NCBI GenBank assembly: GCA_963693365.1
Contig: CAVNZM010000004.1
Coordinates: forward strand, 3,400,047 to 3,464,046
Direction of reading: 5' to 3'
Origin: Amoebidium appalachense
Lineage: Eukaryota; Protista; Ichthyosporea
DNA length: 64,000 bases
This document shows, in pieces, positions 1 through 21,457 of this stretch. Each line of letters begins with the position of its first letter. The first letter of the stretch is position 1. The position numbers and the translations under genes were made by a program. A model generated the notes under the pieces. The model made no database searches. It saw only the letters and a program-made list of their open reading frames with translations, and was not told where the DNA came from.

Positions 1-182
1 GTTTTTACATACAGAGCGCGTGGTCGTGAACCTCCGATATTCCTTAGGACTAAGCAAGCTGGAAAAGTGGTTGTTTTATCTATGTACTCGCCTTTCAATC
101 GGTGTGTGTAAAAACTGCTCAACAACTGGATGTCTTGGAGTAATAATATTGCTACTACTAAATAATATTGCTACTACTAGCC

Positions 183-231
<49 letters not shown>

Positions 232-608
232 CCGCCGCCGAGTTCTCAAAAAACCAACAAAAAAAGGAACGAGAAAGCTCCTTTAGCACTTCTTCTTGGG
301 TCAAGCATGCATGCGAAATAAAAACACCATGTGGTCATATCATTCCCCATTTGAGTCAAGTCCTATTGATCGATCGAGTAGTTTTTCGAGTTGGGTAATC
401 GTTTCGGTTGATACATAAGCTACAGATTCTGTTTTCTTTCTATCATCCCCCCTTCCCCTCCCCTCCCCCCTTCTTCCCCTCCTCAACCTTTCTCGCCCTC
501 CCCCCCCCTCCCCAGTTCACACCGTTTTACTCATCCCCACTCCAGCTCACTCTGGCAGCAGCCGCTGCAGCCCCTTCGAGCTTCAAGCCCCCCTTTCCCC
601 CTCCCTCT

Positions 609-644
<36 letters not shown>

Positions 645-814
645 CCCCCCCCGCAAAACCCCGCACCCTCCACACACTAAGCAGGCCCAACCATTTGTAC
701 TACCACCTCTACAACTAGTCCACTCTCCATCCTTATCGAATTTCTTCGGCACGTGGGTACGGAACCCCAACAGCCATCGAGTAGCTAACCTGCAGAAGCA
801 GTTCTAAACTTTAT

Positions 815-853
<39 letters not shown>

Positions 854-2639
854 CCACCCGTCCCTTCCCCCCTCCCCCCCACACACCCACACATGTAATC
901 ACGAAACACACACGCTGCGGGAGAAGTGGACCGTCTGCGCGGCCGCAGGCAGGTGCCGTAAGGGTAGTCTCCAAGGCTATGTACCCACTGGCTTACGTAA
1001 GTGGCTGAGCACTACGCCGCGGGACGGCGACATACAAGGTATGTTGAGCCGGGCCGCAGGGAGACAGCACTCAAAGTGACTTCCGCAGGGTTCGTTCCGA
1101 ACTTCCAGGGTGTGACTGAGCTCCTGTTGATTGGTGGAGAAGGCACCCTTAGTCTAATTGCTCTTGAGGTTCATAACTTTGTTTTTATACATAATAGAGG
1201 CTCGATGTAAAAGACCTTTGAGTTGAAATAGGCAAACAATATTATGTACATCATAGTACCCACCCACTTATGGCACAAAAACTCTCAAAACGGGGCTCGG
1301 GTGAGGTGCGGATTGCACGGATGAAACATGGCATGATTCATCAATCATCACCCCGCACCCGGCCCATGGGTTATGCATATAACTTCTGGAATCTCCAACT
1401 AACCAATCAAAGAGCACTATAGATCCAAGAAGAAATGTTGCGGTTAGCAATGCATGATAAAAAGCCAAAGGAATGGGTGCTTGCGTTCTTCCTATACCCC
1501 GTCGTTATAAATGGATCTAAATTTGCTTTTTCTATTTTTTATAATGACTTTATTGATGCTTCTCTGCAAAATGTGTACAGCTAGATTTATCTGACGATAA
1601 GTTTCCAAAAGATACAAAAAGTCGATTAAATTATGGCCCATTTCTATATTGTTTTTAAAAATGTAATTCTATGATTCATTTTATACCTTTTTATAATTTG
1701 TAAACATGCTTTTCTCCAAGCTAAAGGCTTTTGGGAGGTGGTAAATTTGTAAAACCCACCACTAACAGGATTTTGCCTGCCATAAAAGGGGAGACGAAAA
1801 GCACATGCCCATAGAAAACTCCTATTGGATACAAAATAAGATCATGATGTATTTGATTGGTATTAGCAAACAAAATAGCTAAACAAGGTAACTTCGTAAG
1901 GGTCATATCACGCAAGTTTATTCTCTTCATTGTTAGCCAATCAAAATCGGCTAAGCAAACAGCTGGATCTTCTGCCGTTTCAGCACTGGCCCACAAAGCA
2001 GCCCAAAAAGCCTCTTCATGTTTTGTGTTACTTCACAATACACACAGTACACGAACAACAAAAGGTAGGGCGACTGAAATTGGAAGTAGCTAGTACCTAT
2101 GCGTGTCTAGCAGGAACACCTTAGTCTCTTTTCTATTGGAACATATCAAGTTGGTGATGTGCAAGTAGTCAAGCAATTCGTGATACTAGAAGGCACAAAG
2201 ATCCCACTGTGTTTTAAAGTGTCCCGCTTTGACTTCCATCCCCAACTCCACCTCCACCCCCACTTCCGTTCTGCAAACTCCTGCACCCCCCTCCCCCCCC
2301 CCCCTCCCCCCCCCCCTCCCCCCTCCCTTCCCCTCCCCCCCCCCCCCCCCCCCTCCCCCCGCCCGCCCCTCCCCCCCTTCCCCCCCCCTCCCCCCCTCGA
2401 GCTCGACAGGCTTCCCCTAATCTTTAAACCCCTCCCTACCATATCCGCTTCCTCAGACTTTTAAGCACTAGACTCCGGCACAAAACAAACGATCTCATTT
2501 AGTTTAAACTTTAGCCCGTGCGTTGATAAAGCATTCTCTTTTATATGGTACCTCGGCAGCTTGCGGGCTCTCGACAAGTACAGATCTTTGCATGGAGACT
2601 AGCCTAACATCTTTTTCTCCCAAACAGTGACCAGCCAAC

Positions 2640-2966
2640 ATGGTTTTCATCGGTATTGACCTCGGTGGCACCAACGCCAAGGCCGGTGTTGTTGACAACA
2701 CAGGCAAGCTTATTAAGCGCCATGAGAAGCCCCTCCTCGATCTAGCAGCTGAGAAGGTTGTGCAAGACCTTGTTGCCTGCGCACACGAGGCCCTTGTAGC
2801 CGTCAACCTCACATGGAAAGATGTGACGTGCATTGGTGTGGGTTCTCCCGGCGGTATCAAGGACGGCTGTGTGACGGCTGCTGCCAACTTCCCTACGTGG
2901 CACATGGTTCCCCTGTGTCAGATGATCACCAATGCTACCGAGGTAGGTGTACGGGCTTCCTCCCTC

Positions 2967-3005
<39 letters not shown>

Positions 3006-3089
3006 ACCCACCCATCCGCCCGCCCCGCCACCCACCCACCCTCTTCCCTATACCCGTTTCTTCCCAGCACTTGCTTTTCACTCTTCTCT

Positions 3090-3123
<34 letters not shown>

Positions 3124-3754
3124 TTCCCACCCCCCTCCCCCGTTCCTTTTCGCCATCAGCCCACTGAAAAAAAAATCACCGTTCAAACAATTCAATTCGG
3201 ATGTTATGCAAAAGTTCCTAACCTAAGCCTCCTCCATTAGCGACCCCCCTTCACCTACCATGCGGCTCACGCAACCGTTTTACCCTCTCTACCCCTATTA
3301 CCGTAAGGCTCTCTTTCTTCGGTAGCACCTCCCCCCCTCCCCCCCCCCCCCCCCCCCCCCCCCCCTCCCCCCCCCCTCCCCCCGGGCCCCTCCTGCACCC
3401 GCTCGCCAAAACCTTTCCCACCCTCTCCTCTGGCCTTCTCGTTTTTCCTATAACAGGAACAGCTATTTTTCAACCTATTCATTTTAGTCTAACCCCATTT
3501 TAATCCCCTGCTCTCCTCGTATCCACTCTCTCCGTCTTGCATTTCCCGCCAGCTACCTGCTGCATCCTACTGCCGTAGACCCGACCCCCCCCCCCCCCCC
3601 CCCCCCCCCCTCCCCCCGTCCCCCCTACCCCCTACCCCCTCCTCCCTCGTGTCTTTCCCCCTCCCCCCCCCTCCTCTCCCTCTCCCCTTCTGCCCCCTGG
3701 CCTTGTAACCACCCGGGCACACGGGTGTATTGTCATATAACCTGAAGTTCAGGC

Positions 3755-3816
<62 letters not shown>

Positions 3817-3952
3817 CACACACCTACACACATAACACCTATTTGAAAGTAGGTGTAAACGCTACCCCAGTACCCTGTATTGGATAATTTTTTTCTAAGG
3901 CAGAGTGGCACTCTGGAAGGGGGGGGACGTTTGTTGTTAGGTTTGAGGGCAT

Positions 3953-3987
<35 letters not shown>

Positions 3988-5205
3988 GACAGCGGGGGGC
4001 CGGGGGGGAGGAGGGGAGGGTTAGTCCCTTAAGTTCAACGTTTCAAAATTGGTCCAACCAAAGAAGATTTATCCTTTTTTGGGATGCAGAGTGCACCCTA
4101 AGCACGAAGATTGACAAGTAGGTGCTTCGGAAACGAAAGAACCAAAGTTTGTATAGGAATGATTGCCTAACATTTCTATAGGCTGGCAATTCTGACCCCC
4201 CCCCCCCCCCCCCCCCCCCCCACCCGGTTCCCCTCTCTACCCCCCCCCTCCCCCCAACTCACACGCACACACACACAAACCACCTTACCCGTTGCAAACT
4301 ACATGCCTACATAAATTCCTTCTTGTCGCTCCTAACAACTCCTCACTATCCCCGCTCTCCTCCACCTCCTCGCCCCCCCCCCCCCCCCCCCCGGGGCCCC
4401 GCCCTCCACCCTCCCCCCTTCGGCACCCCCACTCCCTTGCCCCCTCTCCCCCCCTCCCCCCCCCCCCCCCCCCCTTCTCCCCCTCTCCCCCCCCCCCCCC
4501 CCCCCCGGGCCCCGCCCCCAATGTTCCACGTGCATCCCTCCTCTCTCCTTTCAGGGCACCAAGACAATTCTCGTGAATGATGCCGATGCAGCTGTTGCCG
4601 CCGAGGTTTGGGTTGGTGCCGCATGCAAGAGGGGGGTCAAGAACATGGTCATGCTCACGCTGGGCACGGGTGTGGGTGCCGGTGTAGTCATCAACGGAGA
4701 CATTATTGCAGGGGGTAGTGGTCTTATTGAGGGGGGGCACATGATTGTTGAGCGTAATGGGCCCCTGTGTGGGTGCACACAGCACGGGTGTCTTGAGTTG
4801 TACGCATCTGCTTCAGCTGTTGCTCGCCGTGCTCAGGAAGCGGCTAACGCACCCGGGGCCAAGTCTCTTCTTACGGGAAGGGAGGGATTTGGCGCGAAGG
4901 AGGTTTTTGATGCGGCAGACGAAGGAGATGAGGTAGCAGCCAAGGTGATCGATGAAGCGTGTGACTATTTGGGTTTTGCTTGCGTCAACATTTGCCGTCT
5001 GCTCGACACAGAGTTGATTGTGTTTGCTGGTGGTATGTCCAGGGCCGGAGACTCTCTGTTCAATCGCATTCGCAAGGCATACTACAAGTATGCGTGGACC
5101 AAGCTGCCTAACAATGTGCAGATTGTGGCTGCTGAGGCTGGGGACGATTCGGGTATTGTGGGCGCTGCGGCTATGGCTAAGAAACACCATGCTGGTTCAT
5201 TGTAA
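2640..5205 (+). CDS. ROK-family sugar kinase (glucokinase/N-acetylhexosamine kinase-like), 2 exons, ~317 aa
   Basis: Exons 2640-2942 and 4555-5205 join in phase 0 (GAG|GTAGGT ... CTTTCAG|GGC). Motifs: IGIDLGGT, IGVGSPG, VNDADAAVAAE, LTLGTGVGAG, EGGHM and the CGCTQHGCLE Zn motif. Confidence 0.93.
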
Positions 5206-5690
5206 GAGACATGATTATCAAAAGGGAATTGCGGTTTAAATGGTGTGTGTGATTAGCTATATAGTGTAAGAGTCATATACGGGTAAGAAGTAAGGTTCTA
5301 GCTGTTGTTCTGGTGACAGGTATCAGTTTATAAAGGGAGTGACGTGAGCCCAGTGTAGATTGAGGTAGTGATTAGTGTATATGTTTTTTACGCAAGGTGA
5401 AGTGATCAATGGGGTGGTAGAGTGAAAAGGTTGGTTAGTTAGGAAATTAAGAATCTGTCGATGCATGTCATTGGCATTTAGGGTGTCAGTCATGTAAACC
5501 CAATGTGGAACGGGTCTGTTGATCTGTTGATATAAAAGGGTTGATTGAGATCTAGAGCAAAAACCCTGAGGCAATTCATTCCATCGCACCAAATCCGAGT
5601 ATTGAATCAGATCTGATCATAGGCACTGGGACATCAATACAAACCAAACCTTTGGATATTGGATTTGTGCGGTGTGCTATACTATATCAG

Positions 5691-5730
5691 TACATCAGTA
5701 TCAGTACATCAGTACATCAGTATCAGTACA
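5691..5730. repeat. Short tandem repeat (ATCAGTAC-like units)
   Basis: atcagtac/atcagt units repeated about six times. Confidence 0.7.
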
Positions 5731-7082
5731 GATTCTATAGAGAGCATACGCCAAGCACAGATCCTGAGCAGCACGTGGGAAACCTCCGAAACTCTCACAA
5801 TGATTTCTAGGCATGTCTATCGTTTCTGTATCCCAAAGCCTTTTCAGGTTCCGAATCGTGTAAAACGGAACACAAGGCTCCCCTATTTTCTTGAATATCT
5901 TTGTCAGGTTCAAATTCACGTAAGACCTAACGAACGTGAGGCTTTTGTCATGAGTGTTCAAGAGACGAGCTCCACAGCCTCTTGAATGAGAAAATGGGCC
6001 AGTTTCACGTACACATTCACGTACATAATGGGCGCACCTTACGTGCGTGGGCAGAACATGTATGTGTATATGTGTCAAAGGTACACGGGACATGACGTCC
6101 ACGGCCCACATGGTGTGCGTGCCCCTACCCCGCATGGCGCACATGATGTGCGTAGAGTCTATTCGATTATGGGCACATGCATGATCAGTCAGGCATGCAC
6201 ATGATGCACATGTCACAGTGTATGTACATGTACACATACTTTCTATTTTGTGATTTCATCTTTGTGTTAACATGAATATCAGGTAAGCAAACCCTTCTTA
6301 TATGTACGGCACGGAAACATGGCATGCGCAAAGGTAAGTGCCTATCAAAACCTGTAAGTGACACACTTCTTCGAGACTGAGCGTGTTGCGCGCGCTGCAC
6401 CGCGTCAGCGGACTGCAGTGTGCGGCTGTCCACAAGAACAAAGTTTTGAAGATTCTCTGGCAAATCTCTCAATGATTGGCCCAGGAGATCTAGATCAAGA
6501 TCCTCTGCTGCTCGCGTCAGACTCATGATCAGCGCCTGCCTGTCCGTGCCTGAGCGGCGGAGCTCCGAGCGCGTCCGTGCACGTGGGACCGTCACGGAGT
6601 ACTACACTGAGTAGCCTACGCGCTTGCGTGCGCCGGGTGCGCGTGTGGATGTATACATGTACGTGGCGACTCAGGCCTACTCAGGCCTAGGCCTATTTGT
6701 AAAATTTTAAGCCTGTGCCGTTTGGCGGGTATGCATGCATGGGTGACTGCTTGGGCACAATCAGCTGCAGTGTCACTGAGTTGCATGAAGACTAACCTGT
6801 TTGTGTGTGTGTGTTTGTGCACATGTATGCGTGGTGCGTGCAAGTGTACATGACGTGCGCGTGCTTGTGATGTGTATGTGAACGTTCATGCGTTATGCCA
6901 CTGTCACTGTGTGACTGTTTACAGGCGTTTGTGCGTGTGTGTGTGCGTGCCAAAGGCTTCAGACCCGAAAGGCGTGCCCCCGCCAGGGGGCACGCAGAAC
7001 CAAGAATTCCTCGGTGAACTATAACCGGGTTACATTTGCACCATTGTTCCTTCATTCGAACTGCCTTACACTGTACACAACC

Positions 7083-7130
<48 letters not shown>

Positions 7131-7269
7131 AAATAAATAAATAAATAAAAGAAGAAGAAGAAGAAGAAGAAGAAGAAGAAGAAGAAGAAGAAGAAGGATG
7201 GAAGAATGGAAGAAGAAGAAAGGGGGAAAACCTTTAAAAAAAGAGAAAGGAAAAGGGAAGAAGGGAAAG

Positions 7270-7344
<75 letters not shown>

Positions 7345-8054
7345 CATGCACACCACAAAGTTTATAACCGGTACCCTCTTCACGGCCCCCTTTTCATACA
7401 CCCAACCCAACATGCCCAATCCGAATTCGACACGTGTTGATCATTACATTGACGTGCGCGTGTCCTCAAATACAAGGGTCTACTATGCAGTGCCACCTGC
7501 ATACACACGTGCACACGTACTGTACACTGGAATTTTTTACATAAACATGCATACGCTTGTAATCTTGAGCCCAGGGGGTTGGTTTAGTGTTTGCCCCGTC
7601 GTGCCCACAGTCACTTTTCACCACTACAACACACAGCAAAAGCTTGCCCGGCAAATCTGAATAAATCCGAATAGTTTTCAGGAAACCAATCAAATCACGC
7701 CACCTATGCATACCAATGATACCATTCCATTGCCGGCACACAGCTTCACAACGTTCCGCGCAGCCTGCCAGCGGCAGACGTCGCACCACACAGACTGAAG
7801 GAAAGAACAAACGAATTCAAGTGAGATGTTGTCAACTGACGATTGTCGCTGATGAACGCGTACTGTAGCTAATATTCACCTGATCTAACCATATGAGTCG
7901 CTATTGTATAGCACATTTCATAGGACCATCTCTAATGCCTCTCTTATGAGTCCCAACAAACACACTGTTCATTTGGCTTGTTCGTTGCTCAAGTCTCCAT
8001 CCAAACTCTTGCTCTTAACCTAAACCACACCAACCTATAGAAGAACATAGAAGA

Positions 8055-8894
8055 ATGGAACACACTACAACAGGCTTCACTGCCCTTGTTATTTCCACCG
8101 CGGTAGTAGCAAACGCACTAGCACCCACTCTAGGTCCATGGCACACACATCTACCAGGCGATACTTTCATGCTTGGCCATGCATTGTCCCTTTCTCTTTC
8201 TTTACGTCGAGGATGTGGGGGCAGCCTTCCGTTATGGCAGACCTTCCTTGGATACTACCTTGCAGCGATGTTAGGCGGCACAATTGCGCCGATAATTGTG
8301 GGCCGGCACCCAAACTGGCACCACGACATTCCTGTTTTGGTGGTCTACTCATTGTCATGGGCTGCATTCTTCGTTACTGATGCCCTTCTTCACTGGGTTA
8401 ACCGTGCTCCTGCCCTCAACTTTTTCTTGGAGGCCATTGGAATCATCAGCTGCATGTATCCTCTCTGTTTCTTCGTAGACAAAGTTGCTCACGACTATTA
8501 CCCCGCTACTGCATGTGCGACGGATCCAAGTGAGAAATTGACAGAACTGTTCTCTCTCCTTCTTCCTTGTCTAGGTGGGTCTGTGATGTGGCTCTCAGGC
8601 GGATTTGTAGTGTTAGGATTCAGTTTAGACACACCAAAATACCAATTTACACCATCACGCATTGCTTTGGGCGTGCCCTTTACCACAATTGGGCTTATTG
8701 GCCTTTGGTGGTATTATTGGAATGCGTGGGTGCCCAGGATGCCAGGATGGCAAAAGTGCTACGGAGTGGAGGGTGGGGAAAGTATGGAGCACGACACTGC
8801 TGCAGCGTATGTGGCAACGTGGCTCATGTTAGCGTTTGTGGTGCTGTATATGCAGCCTAAGCAGGAGACTCAAAAACACGAGAAAACGGAATAG
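8055..8894 (+). CDS. Multi-pass membrane protein, TRIC/TMEM38-like cation channel, intronless, 279 aa
   Basis: Clean repeat-free ORF with about 7 hydrophobic segments. Two-fold glycine motifs (LAAMLGGTIAPIIVGRHPNW; LGGSVMWLSGGFV) resemble the TRIC channel repeat pattern. Family call is by eye. Confidence 0.7.
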   Translation: MEHTTTGFTALVISTAVVANALAPTLGPWHTHLPGDTFMLGHALSLSLSLRRGCGGSLPLWQTFLGYYLAAMLGGTIAPIIVGRHPNWHHDIPVLVVYSLSWAAFFVTDALLHWVNRAPALNFFLEAIGIISCMYPLCFFVDKVAHDYYPATACATDPSEKLTELFSLLLPCLGGSVMWLSGGFVVLGFSLDTPKYQFTPSRIALGVPFTTIGLIGLWWYYWNAWVPRMPGWQKCYGVEGGESMEHDTAAAYVATWLMLAFVVLYMQPKQETQKHEKTE

Positions 8895-9241
8895 CGTGTG
8901 GTGATGTGTTGATGTCATGGTTGAATGAAAGTTTTGCTGGCTCTGTTTTCGGCGGCTACAACCAAACTGTAATCAGGATCTCTACTACACGTGTGCACAG
9001 ATTTGAAATATGTTTCTGGAAACGGATGTGGTCTGTGCTCACGATTAGATTTTGCGCTGTATAGAATATGCGTGCACACGGCAACCCACATAGCAGTTTG
9101 TTGTGATTTGTAGGAAGGTTACTTGTGCCACATCAGCCCTGCCCCGCTGTTCTGTGTTTCTAAAGGCCACGGTGGTGCGCGAATGAATGGTTTGTAATAT
9201 AAATATATCAATGCAAGTATACAGTGGCTTTGTCAGAACCA

Positions 9242-9277
<36 letters not shown>

Positions 9278-10172
9278 CCGGTCCCCCTCATCCCTCCCAC
9301 CTCCCCTTCCCCCCCCCCCCCCCCCCCCCCGTCTCCTCCCCCTTCTCCCCCCCTGACTGCTGTAACAGTTCCCAGCTCCTCCTCGGACCCTCCCCCTGAG
9401 CCTGTTTTCCTCCACCCGCTAGCCACCATCGTTACACGCACACTACACATACACACAGACACATGCACACACATATGCACGCACGCAGGTAAGCGCGCGC
9501 GCACACACTCACACACACACACATACAGGTATACATACACACATACATGTCCGACGTCCAGCAGTTGAAGCCCAGGGACTGAGGGGCTGGGCCCGGGCTG
9601 GAAGCTTCGGGGAGGGAGGAGGATGGGGTGGGGTGGGGTACGGGGGGAGGTATACCCGCCGTTTCGAGCCTTTCCCCACCCCCTTCCTTTTCTTTTTCCA
9701 GTTCCAACACGTACGTACACAAACACACACACACAGACAGGGAAAAACCCGAGGCTCAGCAGGTTGAGCCCAAAGAGAAGGTGCTGGGCTTGAGGGAGAG
9801 GAGGGGGGGGGCGGGGAGGTTGAATGTGTTAAAGCAGTGTGTGTGTACACGTGTGTGTGTTTGTGTGTGTGTGTGTGTGTGGCCAATAACTGGGTGGAAC
9901 ACCATTTGAACACCACTGAAGTTCGTTACAATGGTATCATTAATTGCAAGAAAGTGCTCCCGGCGCTTTCTGTGATTCGCCCGCTAATTACTGCGTCTGC
10001 TGCCCCTCAGTTCAGGGTGCATAAACGGCTTGCCCGTATCCTTTGAGTCTGTGTTGTATGCCCAAGTAGGTGCCTGTATGCTTGAGTATGCGTGTGTGGG
10101 GGGTTCGGTATGAATGTGAATAATGAGTGTATGTCCGTGTACGTCGTGTATGTAATGGTGCTCACGTGTCTG

Positions 10173-10250
<78 letters not shown>

Positions 10251-10766
10251 TAGTTGTGTTCTAGTGCTTCTAGCACCCAACAAAATTCATCATTCATAGC
10301 TTACATATTAATCCTTCAGTCCCGTACATTACATACATACACTACGATTAAATGCAACATCATTCTTCTTCATAGATCTATGCATTTTACTAATCTGATG
10401 CCAGGCAGCTAAGACATACATACGTGCATCGCGGTGAATGCTGCAGATCATCCCCCTAGACCCGTCACCTCCTGTTGTGATACACCGGGTCAGACAAGTC
10501 AGACAAAATATCCAAACCACACATGTTCCACATAGGAACCTCTCAGCAACCCAAAAGAGCATTCAGCCCCCCCCCTCCCCCCCCCCCCCTCCCCCCCCGG
10601 AGCTCCCAACCCCTTCCCTCCCCTCCTCTCCTTACTATTAGGTACCACCAAAAAGACCTGTTCAAAACCCTTAAAGCTATCCATTCTAATCACCCTTTAA
10701 ATGGTAGGTAAGGGGCTTGATAATTATAGGGGATGTTGGAGTGTGTATGTTTGTGTGAGTGTGCAT

Positions 10767-10797
<31 letters not shown>

Positions 10798-11728
10798 GGG
10801 GGGAGGGGGAGGGGGGGGGGGAGTTGTTGGTGCAGACGCCAGCATCCCCCGGCAAAAGTAAAATGCCTAAACGGTTTAAACGAGCTGAAAGCGGAGGAGG
10901 GAAACCTACGGGTAGGGCCCGGGCTGGGGGATGAGTGGGCGATTGCCGGTTGCCCCTCGGCCACTGCAATACACACGTTAGAACTTAGGGAAGCGGATTG
11001 TGAGTGGTGTAACAGTTCAAATGCACATACCTCAAATTTTAACCCATCGCCCAAAAGGCATTTCGGGCAAATAAAGATAGTCTTTGGCAACACCATTTTC
11101 TCGTTAAGGTCGAGTTGAGCAGTTGAGTTTCACTTCAGACTTCAGACGACTCACAGATCGCAGTATGTCTCGTTTCCTTGGCTTCCGGCTATTATAAGTT
11201 GGTCGATGACTCATAACCCCGGCACACACGAAACACTTTAACGCACCCACACCGGTCCCTAGTCCCAACACAGCCTCCATTTTGCTTAAAGAAATCACCA
11301 CATCCCCCATATTAGCGTCTAGGCGGCGAGCACCCGAAAGCCACACTCCTCACATGTCTATGACCAATCAACCGCCATCATCAATGTGGGCCACAATTCG
11401 CGGGGATCGATATGTCGACATAAGATTCGTAACTATAGTAGCTGCATTGAGAATATGCACAGAAATCCCACATCAATGTGACTCGCCACCCAGGCGCCAA
11501 AATGGGAGGCCGATTCATTTAGGCACCATAGGTCCACGTTGGCTGTTCACACAACGTGAAATCAATGTGATGTCAGAAGTATGACTGGTTTTGCCTATAT
11601 ATGGGCACAATCCCCCCCTTTGCATATTGTGCAATTGCCATACAAGGGAATTCTAGAGTATTAACAACATAGACATTAATCCCTATCAGACTGTATTGTG
11701 CCCACACCTATCTCACGTGTTGCTAAAA

Positions 11729-20000
<8,272 letters not shown>

Positions 20001-20334
20001 TTTGCTGGTGAGCTCATGTACCGGCTCAGGAGGTGTTGGTTGCTTGTGTCAAGCTTCTCTACTCAGCACAGCCTCCAAATTACTAAACAGCAAAAAATTA
20101 AACAGGCAGGGCCGCATCAAACAGCTTTGCGCATTTTCTTTGTATGATCGCCAGAAAATTCGGTAGACTCAACTACCCTTAAAAATGAAACGTCGATTTG
20201 CATATAAAAAGTATAAAAAGAGGTGAAGTCACCGACACCGGAGGCAAAAAAACACCAAGAGGTCTCATTGGATTCCGTGTCCAGGAGGAGCTACTAGTGA
20301 CATGTTCCATGTGAATGTGACGGCAGTAAATTAA

Positions 20335-20520
20335 ACTTCTACATATAGCTTCGTTTCTTGAATGAGGCGGGAAAACATCTAAGGATCTGTTTCTTTCTCT
20401 CTCCCTCTAACTATACACTCTCTCGTCAGCTGTCTGTCTCTCTGCACTGATCGATCTCCTAAATAGTTGGCGCCAAAAACGATAGCAAGCCAATCAATGG
20501 CCGCGCGGCCCGGGCGCCGG
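20335..20520 (-). promoter_or_regulatory. Putative gene A promoter: TATA-like, E2F-like TTTGGCGC and CCAAT motifs
   Basis: ttggcgccaaa and gccaatca are conserved in the duplicate at ~29650-29880, where the TATA-like element reads ctatatatag. Confidence 0.45.
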
Positions 20521-21226
20521 CTACAGAGCGTGCTCAGTGAGTGCTGTCTCCCTGCAGTTTTTTTTTTTTTTTTTTGTGGTTTTGTTTTGTTGTTGTTGTT
20601 GTTGTGGTTGTTGTTGCGTAGAGTAGTAGGGCCTAGCCACTTACGTATACGTAGGCCAGCGGGTACAAAGCCTTGGAGACTACGTCGGGTGACGTCACTT
20701 CCCGAGCCTCGTTCGACGATGATAATATATATCTATGTATCGATGAAACAGGTACATGTCGGCAGTGTCCGTGGAAAGGGTGTGGTTGTGTGCCATGAAA
20801 AGGTGGGGTCAATGAAGGGTTTGGGGAAGCTGGTTTGACCAGCTGGTTTAAGACCATTATATTTATAAGGCCTTATGTATTTCGTTTTTGCGTGGGAACT
20901 CCCTGTCCCTGAGCCTTAGTGGCATCATGAGGACAATAAATTTAAAGCTGCATGCGCCCAAGACCAGACCCGGGTATTCATTGAATGCTAGACCTACGTA
21001 TTCACCACCCGGGGCCACGACAACGACATGTGTACACAGATGGACAATGGTTTCTTCGAACTGTTACTATAACACTAGCACGCTCGAGTTCTGTACACGT
21101 TGTATATGGTCCATGGATCCAGGACAATGTTTCCTTCGAACAGTCGCACGGCGGATTCGGCTTCTTAAAATTTCTCCATACATGGATCCAGTGATGAAAC
21201 ATCCTCGGTCCCCTGCGCAGTGCCCT

Positions 21227-21262
<36 letters not shown>

Positions 21263-21331
21263 TTTTCCTTTCCCCCCCACCCAGCCACAGTGCCCACTCG
21301 CACAGGGCGCATCTCGTTTCCCCTGAGAACA

Positions 21332-21381
<50 letters not shown>

Positions 21382-21419
21382 TTCCTTCCCCATCCCCAGC
21401 TCCTCCCCCCTCCCCCCCC

Positions 21420-21457
<38 letters not shown>

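Noticed and set aside
670-1500. Possible minus-strand gene with an N-terminal hydrophobic segment
   Set aside because: The candidate exons contain stops and could not be joined consistently, and no motif is recognisable.
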